DNA of 64,000 nt from an uncultured Chloroflexia bacterium (GTDB lineage Bacteria; Chloroflexota; Anaerolineae; Anaerolineales; UBA4823): contig CAVPNY010000019.1 in assembly GCA_963706905.1 (NCBI GenBank), forward strand, positions 27,458 to 91,457, written 5' to 3'. Both the position numbers and the translations under genes were made by a program. Shown in pieces: positions 24,463 to 33,324 of the stretch; positions within the stretch are counted from its first letter, which is position 1; every line of letters begins with the position of its first letter. Under the pieces are notes generated by a model. It was not told the DNA's origin and did no database searches. It was given only the letters and a program-made list of their open reading frames with translations.

Positions 24463-25227
24463 CTACTCAGCATTGGTGATGAACCCGCCATCAACCAGCA
24501 GCTCTGAGCTGGTAATGTAGCTGGCGTCGTCGCTAAGTAGAAATGCTGCCACGCTGGCAATCTCCTCCGGTTCGCCGATGCGCCCCAAGGGGATGCGCTG
24601 GATGTAATAGTCCCGAGTTGGCGAGTCCGGATCGACCAGCTCCTTGCTCATATCGGTCAAAATAGCTCCGACCAGGATGGTGTTGGCGCGGATCTGGTGA
24701 GGTCCCAGCACCTGGGCCAGCGCTTTGGTCAGCATCCAGATGCCGGCCTTGGTGCCGCAATAGGCAGTTTGTTCCTTGGCCGACACCCAGGCGGAAATGG
24801 ACGAGATGGTGACGATGGCGCCGCCGTGGCCTTCTTTGATCATCTGTTTAGCCGCCGACTGGCACACCACCCAGGTGCCGCGCAGGTTGATCTCCTGGAT
24901 GGCATCATAGTCTTCCAGGGTGGTTTCATCCCACTTGAGCAGGGGATTGATGGCGGCGTTGCTTACCACGAAATCTAATCGGCCGCCAATGCGCGCGGTC
25001 TCATCAACCATCGCCATCACCTGCTGCGGGTTGCGCATATCGGCTTCGACCGGGAAGCCCTTACCGCCAGCCGCCTTGATCAGCGCTAATGTGGGTTTGG
25101 GATCGCCGGTGGAGCGATAGTTAACGCCGACCAGTGCTCCTTCGGATGCCAGGCGCACAGCTATCGCCCGGCCGATGCCGCGCGTGGCACCGGTCACCAG
25201 GGCAACTTTTCCATCAAATCGTCCCAT
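24463..25227 (-). CDS. SDR family oxidoreductase
   Basis: TGATRGIGRAIA cofactor motif, NAAI, and catalytic YCGTKAG (Y-x3-K). 254 aa. Confidence 0.9.
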   Translation of the reverse strand: MGRFDGKVALVTGATRGIGRAIAVRLASEGALVGVNYRSTGDPKPTLALIKAAGGKGFPVEADMRNPQQVMAMVDETARIGGRLDFVVSNAAINPLLKWDETTLEDYDAIQEINLRGTWVVCQSAAKQMIKEGHGGAIVTISSISAWVSAKEQTAYCGTKAGIWMLTKALAQVLGPHQIRANTILVGAILTDMSKELVDPDSPTRDYYIQRIPLGRIGEPEEIASVAAFLLSDDASYITSSELLVDGGFITNAE

Positions 25228-25247
25228 AGTATCTCCTAGTTAAAGTG

Positions 25248-26066
25248 TCAATCGGCGACAATGCGCGAGGTCGCCCCTGGCAGGACCTGCCCGCCGTCAA
25301 CGGCAATCACCACACCGGTCACCCAGCTCGTTGCCGGGCTGGCCAGCCAGGCGATCCACAGCGCCAGCTCATCGGCGGTGCCCATGCGCCCGAGCGGAAC
25401 TTCTTTGGTCATGCGGGCGTAAGCCCCTTCAATATCGTCGCCAGCCCAGAGGCGATGGATGGGGGTGTCCACCGGGCCAGGGGCGATGGCGTTTACCCGG
25501 ATGCCCCAGGGGGCCAGCTCGGCTGCCAGCGAGCGCGTCTGGTATTCCAGGGCGGCTTTGGACATGCCATACACCGATTGGCCTGGGATAGATAAGGAAC
25601 CTGAAGAAGAAGATATGTTGATCACAGATGCTGAGCTGGCCTGTTTCAGGTATGGAAGGGCAGCCTGGGTGAGGAAAAACGGCGCCCGGACGTTCACCGC
25701 CATATGCTCGTCGAAGACGTCCAGCCTGGCCTGTTCCAACGGCAGGTGCAGGATGGCGGCTGCGCTGCTGACCAGCACATCCAGCCGTCCCCAGGCCTGC
25801 ACAGTAGTTTGCACGATATACTGCGGGCTGGCTGGATCGGCCAGATCGGCAGAGATGGCCAGGCCTTCCCCGCCCAGCTCGCGAATAGCCTGAACTGTCG
25901 CTTCCAGCAGCTCAGGTCGCCGCCCGACGACGGCTACCGCAGTATTCTCCATTGCCAACCGGCGCGCTGCGGCTGCCCCAATTCCGCTTCCACCGCCGGT
26001 GACGATCGCCACACGCTTAATCTGATCCTTCACCGCACACTCCTTTCCTGAGACTTCCGAAGTCAA
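25248..26066 (-). CDS. SDR family oxidoreductase
   Basis: TGGGSGIGAAAA cofactor motif, catalytic YGMSKAA, and IRVNAIAPGPVDTP. Confidence 0.9.
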   Translation of the reverse strand: MTSEVSGKECAVKDQIKRVAIVTGGGSGIGAAAARRLAMENTAVAVVGRRPELLEATVQAIRELGGEGLAISADLADPASPQYIVQTTVQAWGRLDVLVSSAAAILHLPLEQARLDVFDEHMAVNVRAPFFLTQAALPYLKQASSASVINISSSSGSLSIPGQSVYGMSKAALEYQTRSLAAELAPWGIRVNAIAPGPVDTPIHRLWAGDDIEGAYARMTKEVPLGRMGTADELALWIAWLASPATSWVTGVVIAVDGGQVLPGATSRIVAD

Positions 26067-26084
26067 TTTCGGAAATCTGTACGC

Positions 26085-27041
26085 TTAGAAAACGGCAATC
26101 GGGTTGAACGGCGAACCGGTCGCCTTGGGCAGGCGCAGGGGAGCAATGACCACCATAAACTCCCAACGACCCTCTGCCTCGCATATGTGTGCCAGATCCT
26201 CGAATTGCAGGCTGTCGGCAACGACCATGCCCATCGCTGTGACCTGGAGAGGGTGGATTGGGTACTGGATCTCTTGCATTGGACCAGGGACAACTTCGCC
26301 GTCGCCGTCGGGCAGGAATACTGCCACCTTGCGCTCATGGAGCAGTGTCAGGCTGTAGGGGTCCAGCCCGGCCCGGCCCTGACCGGTGTAACCCACGTCC
26401 CAGGCGCCTAATTCTAGCCGCCGCCGGTGGTGCCCGGTGCGGAAGACCATGATATCGCCTTCACCCAGGCGAACACCTTCTGCCGATTCTATGGCCTCGA
26501 TCTCCTGGCGGGTGACAGCCTCGCCTGGTTCCAGCCACTTGACGCCTCGGTAGCGCGCCGCATCGATCAGCACGCCGCGTCCGACAATTCCATGCGCGTA
26601 GCTGGTTATATCTTGAGCTAGTGAGCCACGGCTGGTGACAGTCTCTGCAGGCAGCCCATTGTAAAGCTGGCCGCGATAGGCGATGTGGCAGAGCGCGTCG
26701 ATATGGGTGTGGCAATCGCCATGGAATTGCATTCCGAGGAAGTCGGTGGCAAAATGGAGCAGATCACCTGAGCCGACATCCACATCATGGGTGGTGCACA
26801 TGTAGTGCAAAGCTGGATTGGCGTTATCTGGCCCGCTGATCGTGTTGATCGGAATCGACATCGATACACTGCGGCCGCTCCGCACCAGAGCAGCGGCCGC
26901 CTGGACCTTGTCTGGAGTGATGTAATTCAGCGTGCCTTTTTCATCATCTGCCCCCCAACGCCCCCAATTCTTCAGCGACTCAAAGAGCCGGTCAAATTCC
27001 TCTAGCGATAGGCGCGCAGTCTTGAAATTAGCTGTTGCCAT
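26085..27041 (-). CDS. Cyclase family protein (kynurenine formamidase-like metal hydrolase fold)
   Basis: The FHGDCHTHIDALCH motif corresponds to the HxGTHxDxPxH signature of the putative-cyclase family. 318 aa. Confidence 0.7.
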   Translation of the reverse strand: MATANFKTARLSLEEFDRLFESLKNWGRWGADDEKGTLNYITPDKVQAAAALVRSGRSVSMSIPINTISGPDNANPALHYMCTTHDVDVGSGDLLHFATDFLGMQFHGDCHTHIDALCHIAYRGQLYNGLPAETVTSRGSLAQDITSYAHGIVGRGVLIDAARYRGVKWLEPGEAVTRQEIEAIESAEGVRLGEGDIMVFRTGHHRRRLELGAWDVGYTGQGRAGLDPYSLTLLHERKVAVFLPDGDGEVVPGPMQEIQYPIHPLQVTAMGMVVADSLQFEDLAHICEAEGRWEFMVVIAPLRLPKATGSPFNPIAVF

Positions 27042-27168
27042 CCTCAGCTCCTCCGTCTACCCCCAGTTACTATTCGGCAGGGCATAAATACCCGCTGGCA
27101 CCGTTACAGTCATCCCGGGGAAAGGATGCAAGGCGAAACGGCACCAGCGGGCCCTATTCAACGCGGCT

Positions 27169-28236
27169 TTACGGGGCTGCTTGCTTCTCAGCCTCTTCCA
27201 TATATTTGGAAACTTGATCGACATTCTCCTCGGTCACCAGGAGCAAGCCAGAGTCAATCGATTTAGGCATCCAGTTAGTCTGCCACGGGTCTATTCCCGC
27301 TACCCGGATGGCGTCGTTGTGCCAGGAATACAGCAGGAACAGGGCCATATAGTTCATCAGGTCGTACTTTTCCATCGTGATGAGCTGGGCCTTGCCATTT
27401 TTGAGGTTCTCCAGGAACTCGCGGCCGCGTTCATTCACGGTAACCACCAGCTCGCCAGCCTTGCCGGCCTCATCCAGCGCAGTGATGATCCCGGGGCCGG
27501 CCTCCGAATCAAGACCGACCAAGCCGGACAGGTTGGGGTATGCGCTGAGCAGCGCGGCAGTCTGCTGCGCAGAGATAGCCACATCCGAGTTATTGTCCTC
27601 TTCGGCCACCAGCTCGCAGTTGGTGCCTTCGAAGGTGGCGCGGATCCCGGCTTTGGAGCGCTGCATGTTCTCGTTGGCGATTGGCGAGAGCACGGCGACT
27701 TCGCATGCGTCCAGGCCACGCCGCTCATGCTCGGCAATCTGGAACTCGGCCATCGCGACGCCCAGGTTGTACCAGTCGGTCCCCACGTAGGCCAGCCGAT
27801 TCGCATCGAACAAATCACCATCGGTGACGACCACGGGCACCTTGTTTTCGATACACTTGTTGACTGGTTCGGTCAGCGCCTGGTCCCAGCCGCCCACCAC
27901 AATCACGCCGGCTGGTTTCCGGGCGCATTCTTGCTCGACCGTCGCAATGAAGGCTGCCAGATCGACAACGGTAGGGCCGGCCTTCCTGACTGTGACGCCA
28001 AAGTCACGGGCGAAGGCGTCCAGCCCGGGGTAAACGCGCTCGACAAATAGGGGCAGCGTGGAGAACTGGGAGATCCAGACATACTCTTGATCGGCCCGAT
28101 CCGAACCCCCGATCGTGCCCACCTGCGTTGATTCGCTGGCGGCCGGGGGCTCAGTTGCCGTTGGCGCTCCTTGACCACACCCACTGGCGAGTACTGCTAC
28201 GAGCACAAAAATCAATATCAGTTGTACGGTCTTCAT
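27169..28236 (-). CDS. Sugar ABC transporter substrate-binding lipoprotein (periplasmic binding protein type I)
   Basis: Signal peptide plus lipobox (LASGCGQG) and a PBP-I-like alternation (VVVGGWDQA, VPVVVTDGD, YVGTDWYN). It is adjacent to the permease gene. Confidence 0.8.
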   Translation of the reverse strand: MKTVQLILIFVLVAVLASGCGQGAPTATEPPAASESTQVGTIGGSDRADQEYVWISQFSTLPLFVERVYPGLDAFARDFGVTVRKAGPTVVDLAAFIATVEQECARKPAGVIVVGGWDQALTEPVNKCIENKVPVVVTDGDLFDANRLAYVGTDWYNLGVAMAEFQIAEHERRGLDACEVAVLSPIANENMQRSKAGIRATFEGTNCELVAEEDNNSDVAISAQQTAALLSAYPNLSGLVGLDSEAGPGIITALDEAGKAGELVVTVNERGREFLENLKNGKAQLITMEKYDLMNYMALFLLYSWHNDAIRVAGIDPWQTNWMPKSIDSGLLLVTEENVDQVSKYMEEAEKQAAP

Positions 28237-28318
28237 GCGATTATCTCCTTTATCTATTCCCTATGGTTGGATGGACACCCTTGCTCCTCAATTATTTGAA
28301 TTGCGTGACGCCACGCAA

Positions 28319-29326
28319 TCACTCACTGCTCCGCGCCACCTGGTCGACCCCGATGGCGATAAGCAAAACAACGCCGACCACGATGCTCTGCCAGAATACA
28401 CCTACCCGCGCGATGATCAGCGCATTCTGAACCAGTGACATAAACAGGACCCCCAGGAACGCCCCGGGGATGGTACCTACACCGCCAGACAGGCTGGCCC
28501 CACCCAGGATGGCCGCCGTGATGGTGCGCAGCTCGGCTCCCACTCCGGCCAGGACCACGGCATTACTCAGCCGGGAAGCCAACAAGGTGCCTGCCAATCC
28601 AGCCAGCGAGCCCATGATGATAAAAGCATATAAAATCATGCGCCCAACCTTGATCCCGGCCAGGTCGGCTGCCGCTGAATTGCTGCCAATGTAGTAGAAC
28701 TGCCGGAAGAAACGCAGGCGAGTCATGCCGAACCAGGCCAGCAGCACCACCACAGCCATCACCCAGAATGGAGATTGCAGCCCAATGAACATGGTTTGCC
28801 CGTAAACCCGAAAGGCGTGAGGTAGATTGGCTTCCCCTCCCATCGATACGAGCTGCGTGACGCCGCGCAGGATGCCGGCCATCGCCAGCGTGGTAATCAG
28901 CGCATTGATGCGCAGCTTGGTAACGATGAAGCCATTGACCGCCCCGACCACTGAGCCGGCCGCGATGCCGATCAAAAACGAGGGAAAAGCCGGCACGCCC
29001 ATATCATTCACCAGCACGCCTGCCACAATGCCGCTAAATGCCAGGATGGATCCGACAGACAGATCAAACACACCGCTCACCAGCAGGATCATCATGCCTA
29101 CGGTCAGGATGCCTCCCTGGGCTGTATCCAACAAAACCGCAGCAATGTTGGCAGGTTGCGGGAAGGACTCCGGGTATACGATCGTCATCCAGGCGATTAA
29201 GACTACATTGAGGCCGATCAGAATCAATGGCCGGTCCTGGGCCAGGCGAATGGCTACCCTTTGGAGGTTGCTCCTTGAAGAACGTTTCTTAGGCTCATCT
29301 GATGCCGCGTCGACCATGGATCCCAT
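28319..29326 (-). CDS. Sugar ABC transporter permease (RbsC/AraH-like)
   Basis: 335 aa with ~9-10 TM helices. The motifs GGFDLSVGS-like (GVFDLSVGSILAF) and INALITTLAM are typical of ribose/xylose-type permeases. Confidence 0.85.
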   Translation of the reverse strand: MGSMVDAASDEPKKRSSRSNLQRVAIRLAQDRPLILIGLNVVLIAWMTIVYPESFPQPANIAAVLLDTAQGGILTVGMMILLVSGVFDLSVGSILAFSGIVAGVLVNDMGVPAFPSFLIGIAAGSVVGAVNGFIVTKLRINALITTLAMAGILRGVTQLVSMGGEANLPHAFRVYGQTMFIGLQSPFWVMAVVVLLAWFGMTRLRFFRQFYYIGSNSAAADLAGIKVGRMILYAFIIMGSLAGLAGTLLASRLSNAVVLAGVGAELRTITAAILGGASLSGGVGTIPGAFLGVLFMSLVQNALIIARVGVFWQSIVVGVVLLIAIGVDQVARSSE

Positions 29327-29616
29327 TAATTACATCCTCCATCCTAACCTGAATTGTTTGCCCCAATCAACTGCAGAAGAATTTCTGGTATATGCGTAAG
29401 GGATTTACTGCCTACGTGTTCGAGATAGTTTCGGCGATTTGTGGATAGAGATCACGTGGAATATTATTGCATTCAAATCAAGAAGCTGGGGAACTTGCAT
29501 CCCGAGTGGCTTTTTTTACCAGCTATAAGTAGACAGCCACACGCGAACGAAAGTTCACGGAACGAGAACGTTCACGATTCTTGAACATTATATCATAACC
29601 TTTGAAGGAGTCAATA

Positions 29617-29626
29617 CCCTGCTGTG
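29617..29626. repeat. Left target-site duplication of the IS (CCCTGCTGTG)
   Basis: The identical 10-mer occurs at 31058-31067, immediately outside the opposite inverted repeat. Confidence 0.85.
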
Positions 29627-31057
29627 CGGTGATTACCCATAAGTCACCATGCAGTAAAGAGTTCGTGAGGGAAAGGTGAAATTGCGACATAGGACAAGGT
29701 TGCAGTTGTCAAGAAAACGGCGCTGATGCCACGCAATACAATGTAAGGCCCATCCCGATCCGTTTTACGGCCGAGTTTGCCGCCCAACTTACGCAACCAG
29801 TAGACCGCCTTGCGTGGCCAATGTTGCATGAGATGAAAGACAAACTGAGCGGCAGCCAGGACTAAGGCGAACAGGCGGCGCATGCGCTCAAGGGTCTGGA
29901 CGCGCAGATCTTCTACATCCAAGCCCTGTTCTTGGTCAAAGCGATAGCCATGTTCGATCTTGCCGCGCAAGCGCCAGTCGGAGTAGATTTGTAAGGCATC
30001 GGCTTCAGAGCCGATGGGCACATTGGTGATGAGGACGGCATTGCGATTTTCGAGGTCATTGTGAGCAACCAAAACAGACAAAGGCTGATGAGTACCAGGT
30101 AAGCGGATGGTGAACCAACCGGCCTGAATGGTGGCCAGACGGGTTTTACCAGCGTGATGAAAGACAGCCTGGTAAGAGGTAACCCAGGGAACGCTATCCA
30201 CCAAGTCTTGTAAGTGTTCGGTTTCCCAACGATCCAGGCGATCATTGTAGACTTCAACCAATCTTTCCAGGTGGCTGGCCACAATAACAAACTCGCAGTT
30301 GGGTTGGTTCATCCAGGCAAACACTTTTTGGTCATCTCCACCAGAGTCCATGACAAAGCGGATGCGCAGAGCAGGAAAAACCCAGCGGGTCGTTCGAATG
30401 GCGCGTTGAATTTCTCGATTTTGACTGAGGAAATCGGCCGTTTTGTACGAAAACCAGTTTGCATAACAGATGCCAGGCACACATGTATTCACCACACTGG
30501 CTGTGATCGCTGGATAGCCTTTTGCCAGACGTTTTTCACCGTCCAGGTTTGGCGGTGTGCTCTTGTACACCGTACTGACCCCTTCCAGCTTCTTTGTGTA
30601 AGGTTTCTCAAAATTCACTGGGTCAATCGCCACGACTACATAATTGGGGTTCTCTGTCCGCACGGTTTTCTGCGCAATGCGATACAACCCTTTGTACAAA
30701 TGGTGGTGGTTGAAACGCTTGTTCTCCAGAAACCGGTACACCCGCTTTGCCACGGCCCAGCAATCTGCCTCCACTCGCGAAGCGCTGCGTGACATCGCTG
30801 CGATCACGGGTGTCTCGGTTGCCAGAATGTTCTGTACACTCATGCAAACGACATCGCTCAGACGCTTATCCGGCAAGGTCGTTGCCATTGGTTCTGTAAA
30901 TTCCCTGATCTCAGCCTGTAATTTTGCGACAGGCAACTTGGCAAGAATCTCAGACAGTGCTATATTCAGCATGGCTCCATCTCCTAGGTGAAATGTTGGC
31001 AAACAATTCATACCACAGGTCGGTGGAGCTTACTGCATTAATTGTGGGTAATCACCG
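29627..31057 (-). mobile_element. Intact insertion sequence (1431 bp, IS4-superfamily-like DDE transposase; family tentative)
   Basis: Terminal inverted repeats CGGTGATTACCCA (29627-29639) and TGGGTAATCACCG (31045-31057), with further similarity inward (..ATGCAGTAA). Flanked by the 10-bp direct repeat CCCTGCTGTG. A single 455-aa ORF fills the element. Confidence 0.9.
29644..31011 (-). CDS. DDE transposase (IS4-like)
   Basis: 455-aa ORF between the IRs. Candidate catalytic segments are VVAIDPVNFEKPY, FVMDSGGDDQKVF and a C-terminal W..R...E-containing block (YSDWRLRGKIEHGYRF). Confidence 0.8.
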   Translation of the reverse strand: MNCLPTFHLGDGAMLNIALSEILAKLPVAKLQAEIREFTEPMATTLPDKRLSDVVCMSVQNILATETPVIAAMSRSASRVEADCWAVAKRVYRFLENKRFNHHHLYKGLYRIAQKTVRTENPNYVVVAIDPVNFEKPYTKKLEGVSTVYKSTPPNLDGEKRLAKGYPAITASVVNTCVPGICYANWFSYKTADFLSQNREIQRAIRTTRWVFPALRIRFVMDSGGDDQKVFAWMNQPNCEFVIVASHLERLVEVYNDRLDRWETEHLQDLVDSVPWVTSYQAVFHHAGKTRLATIQAGWFTIRLPGTHQPLSVLVAHNDLENRNAVLITNVPIGSEADALQIYSDWRLRGKIEHGYRFDQEQGLDVEDLRVQTLERMRRLFALVLAAAQFVFHLMQHWPRKAVYWLRKLGGKLGRKTDRDGPYIVLRGISAVFLTTATLSYVAISPFPHELFTAW

Positions 31058-31067
31058 CCCTGCTGTG
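31058..31067. repeat. Right target-site duplication of the IS (CCCTGCTGTG)
   Basis: See 29617-29626. Confidence 0.85.
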
Positions 31068-31154
31068 TGGGGATTGACAGGGTTATTCTGTTCATGTATG
31101 ATTGCTATGTTCATAGAGTGTGAACATTCACAGGAATAAAGGAAGAGGCCAGCT

Positions 31155-31955
31155 ATGAGCGACGATTATGTTGTTGAAATGAAAGGCATCTCCAAGCACT
31201 TTGGCGCAGTCCAGGCTCTCAACAACGTCAACCTGGAATTGCGCCGGGGTGAAATTCTTGGACTGGTCGGTGACAATGCGGCGGGCAAGTCCACGCTCAT
31301 GAAAATCCTGGCGGGGGCATACATGCCTGACAGCGGCGAGATCGTCCTCGATGGGAAACCGGTACAAATTGAAGGGCCGCGCCATGCGCGTGAGCTGGGC
31401 ATTACGATGGTGTACCAGGACCTGGCGTTGTTCAACAGCATGGATGTTGCCAGCAATATCTTCGTTGCCAGGGAGCCCACGACCAACGTGATGGGCCTCA
31501 AGCTATTCGATCGGAAAGAGATGCGCGCGCAAGCCAAGAAATTGCTGGCGAAGATGAAGGTCGACATCAGCTCCGTTGACCTGCCGGTTGCACGCATGTC
31601 TGGCGGCCAGCGACAGATGATCGCGGCTGCCAGAGCCCTGGCGTTTGAAGCGAAAATCCTCCTGCTGGATGAACCCACGGCCGCCCTGGGGGTGAGGGAA
31701 GCCAACACCCTGCTCAACCAGATCAAGGAGTGGAAGGCTCAGGGCCTATCCATCATCCTGATCACCCAGCGCATTCCCGATGTCCTGGCTGTGGGGGACC
31801 GCGTCATGGTTCTAAAAGGCGGGGTTCGGCAGGACATACTGGATGTCGCCAATTGCCATCTGGATGATATTGTCAACTTGATCGTGAAAGGACGTACAGA
31901 TCCGAAGGAGCCAGCTGCCGAAAAGCCAGACATCGAATTTCTGTCTTTCGGGTAG
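31155..31955 (+). CDS. Sugar ABC transporter ATP-binding protein (single NBD)
   Basis: Walker A GDNAAGKST, signature MSGGQRQMIAAARAL, Walker B ILLLDEPTAAL. GGAAGAGG lies upstream of the ATG. It is divergent from the permease/SBP genes and separated from them by the IS. Confidence 0.9.
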   Translation: MSDDYVVEMKGISKHFGAVQALNNVNLELRRGEILGLVGDNAAGKSTLMKILAGAYMPDSGEIVLDGKPVQIEGPRHARELGITMVYQDLALFNSMDVASNIFVAREPTTNVMGLKLFDRKEMRAQAKKLLAKMKVDISSVDLPVARMSGGQRQMIAAARALAFEAKILLLDEPTAALGVREANTLLNQIKEWKAQGLSIILITQRIPDVLAVGDRVMVLKGGVRQDILDVANCHLDDIVNLIVKGRTDPKEPAAEKPDIEFLSFG

Positions 31956-32008
31956 ACAGGTCGACAGAGGAGAGTGGTCTGATCCTGTCGAACTCCCCGG
32001 CTCAGTCC

Positions 32009-32566
32009 TTATTGTGATCGGCCTCTCCACACGCCGGCGTACTTCTTGCGGTATTTGAGGTCCGTTTCGGTCTCGATCAGCGCCAGGGATTGTTCTCTTA
32101 TTATCTCATCGCCCACTGCAGCATACAGGTTGTGCAAGCTCTGGGTAATATCATAGCGAATCAGGGTGCAGTTCTTTTCGGTAGCGCACTCGTGGAAGCG
32201 ACCTGCCAGCCCGTTGATCACCATCTCCTGCTGTGCCTTGCCAGCCGCGCCTACTTTCCAGATCGCTTGCAGGGTGTGCCGGGCAGTGACAAAGCGCTGG
32301 TCTCTCGTCACGGCGAGCAGCGTTGCAAAGTCCTTCAGCATTCTTCTTTCAGGATCGCTCTTCGCCAGATTACACAGCACCTGGGCTGAAATTGCCCGAA
32401 CATGATTGTCTGGATGGCTTAAGCCTGCCACCAGCTCATCCCATACTTCGTATGCCCAATTGACGGGCTTGTCCGTTGTCTCAAGAATATAGAAAAAAGC
32501 CTGGTTCTGTAGCTCACGATCCGTAGAGCGCAGGTTGTTCAGGTTTGTACGGGTGATCTCGTCCAT
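32009..32566 (-). CDS. Hypothetical all-helical (HEAT/ARM-like) protein
   Basis: 185-aa ORF with coding-like composition and helical-repeat-like segments (HPDNHVRAISAQVLCNLAK, RFVTARHTLQAIWKVG). I recognise no specific family. Confidence 0.45.
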   Translation of the reverse strand: MDEITRTNLNNLRSTDRELQNQAFFYILETTDKPVNWAYEVWDELVAGLSHPDNHVRAISAQVLCNLAKSDPERRMLKDFATLLAVTRDQRFVTARHTLQAIWKVGAAGKAQQEMVINGLAGRFHECATEKNCTLIRYDITQSLHNLYAAVGDEIIREQSLALIETETDLKYRKKYAGVWRGRSQ

Positions 32567-32583
32567 CGCTGACCTCCCTTGAA

Positions 32584-33054
32584 TCAGGCTTTAGCCAGCA
32601 ATTCGGCAAAACGCTGCATGGACTCGGCTGCCCCGCGCTCCATCCCCATACTGAGCATTCCATCCCGATCCGCCACCGATTGGAATACTGTTTGATCGGT
32701 CATTTTTGTCCTGCCATCCAGCTCTTCAAAGCTCACCGTTTCCAGCAGCACATGTCCCGGCATGCCTTCAAATTCAAAAGTGTAAACCAGCCGCTCGAGC
32801 GGCACGACGGCGTGATACACCCCGTGAAAGGCAAACTCATTGCCCTGCGCGTCGCGCTGCACATAGCGCCACCTGCCGCCCGGTTGCACATCCATCCGAT
32901 CTACCACGGTCGTCAGGTATTTCGGCCCCCACCATTGGGGGATAAGATGGGGGTCGCTAAAGGTTCTAAATACAAGCTCGCGCGGTGCATCAAAGAGGTA
33001 AGTGATGACAGTCTCTTGTTTTCCTGGTTCAGCGATCAGCATTGTTTTCGACAC
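32584..33054 (-). CDS. SRPBCC / AHSA1 (Aha1-like) family protein
   Basis: LIAEPGKQETVITYLFDAPRELVFRTFSDPHLIPQWWGPK...GGRWRY...GNEFAFHGVYH.VVP.ERLVYTFEFEG is the classic AHSA1 pattern. The start is uncertain: GTG 33054 has AGGAGA 7 nt upstream, ATG 33042 is an alternative, and the ORF-track start is 33168. Confidence 0.8.
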   Translation of the reverse strand: MSKTMLIAEPGKQETVITYLFDAPRELVFRTFSDPHLIPQWWGPKYLTTVVDRMDVQPGGRWRYVQRDAQGNEFAFHGVYHAVVPLERLVYTFEFEGMPGHVLLETVSFEELDGRTKMTDQTVFQSVADRDGMLSMGMERGAAESMQRFAELLAKA

Positions 33055-33324
33055 GCCGGATTCTCCTGTTATTTCTCTGGATGGTGATTCGGAGTTTGTA
33101 TTGGCATCTACACAGGCAAGGATTCCATCATGAAGTGCATAGCAAACCTGGGCAGAATTATAGAACACCCATTCTAGACTGTCAAGGTAAGAATTGTCGT
33201 AATATCGAGTATTCGAGGCGCGGCTATTATGATAGAATAGACCTTAAATATCTAGATACGTTAGTCGACAGCCCGAGTTTCTATTTCAATTTCTTATCGA
33301 ATTTAGGGGACTATTTAACCTAGC

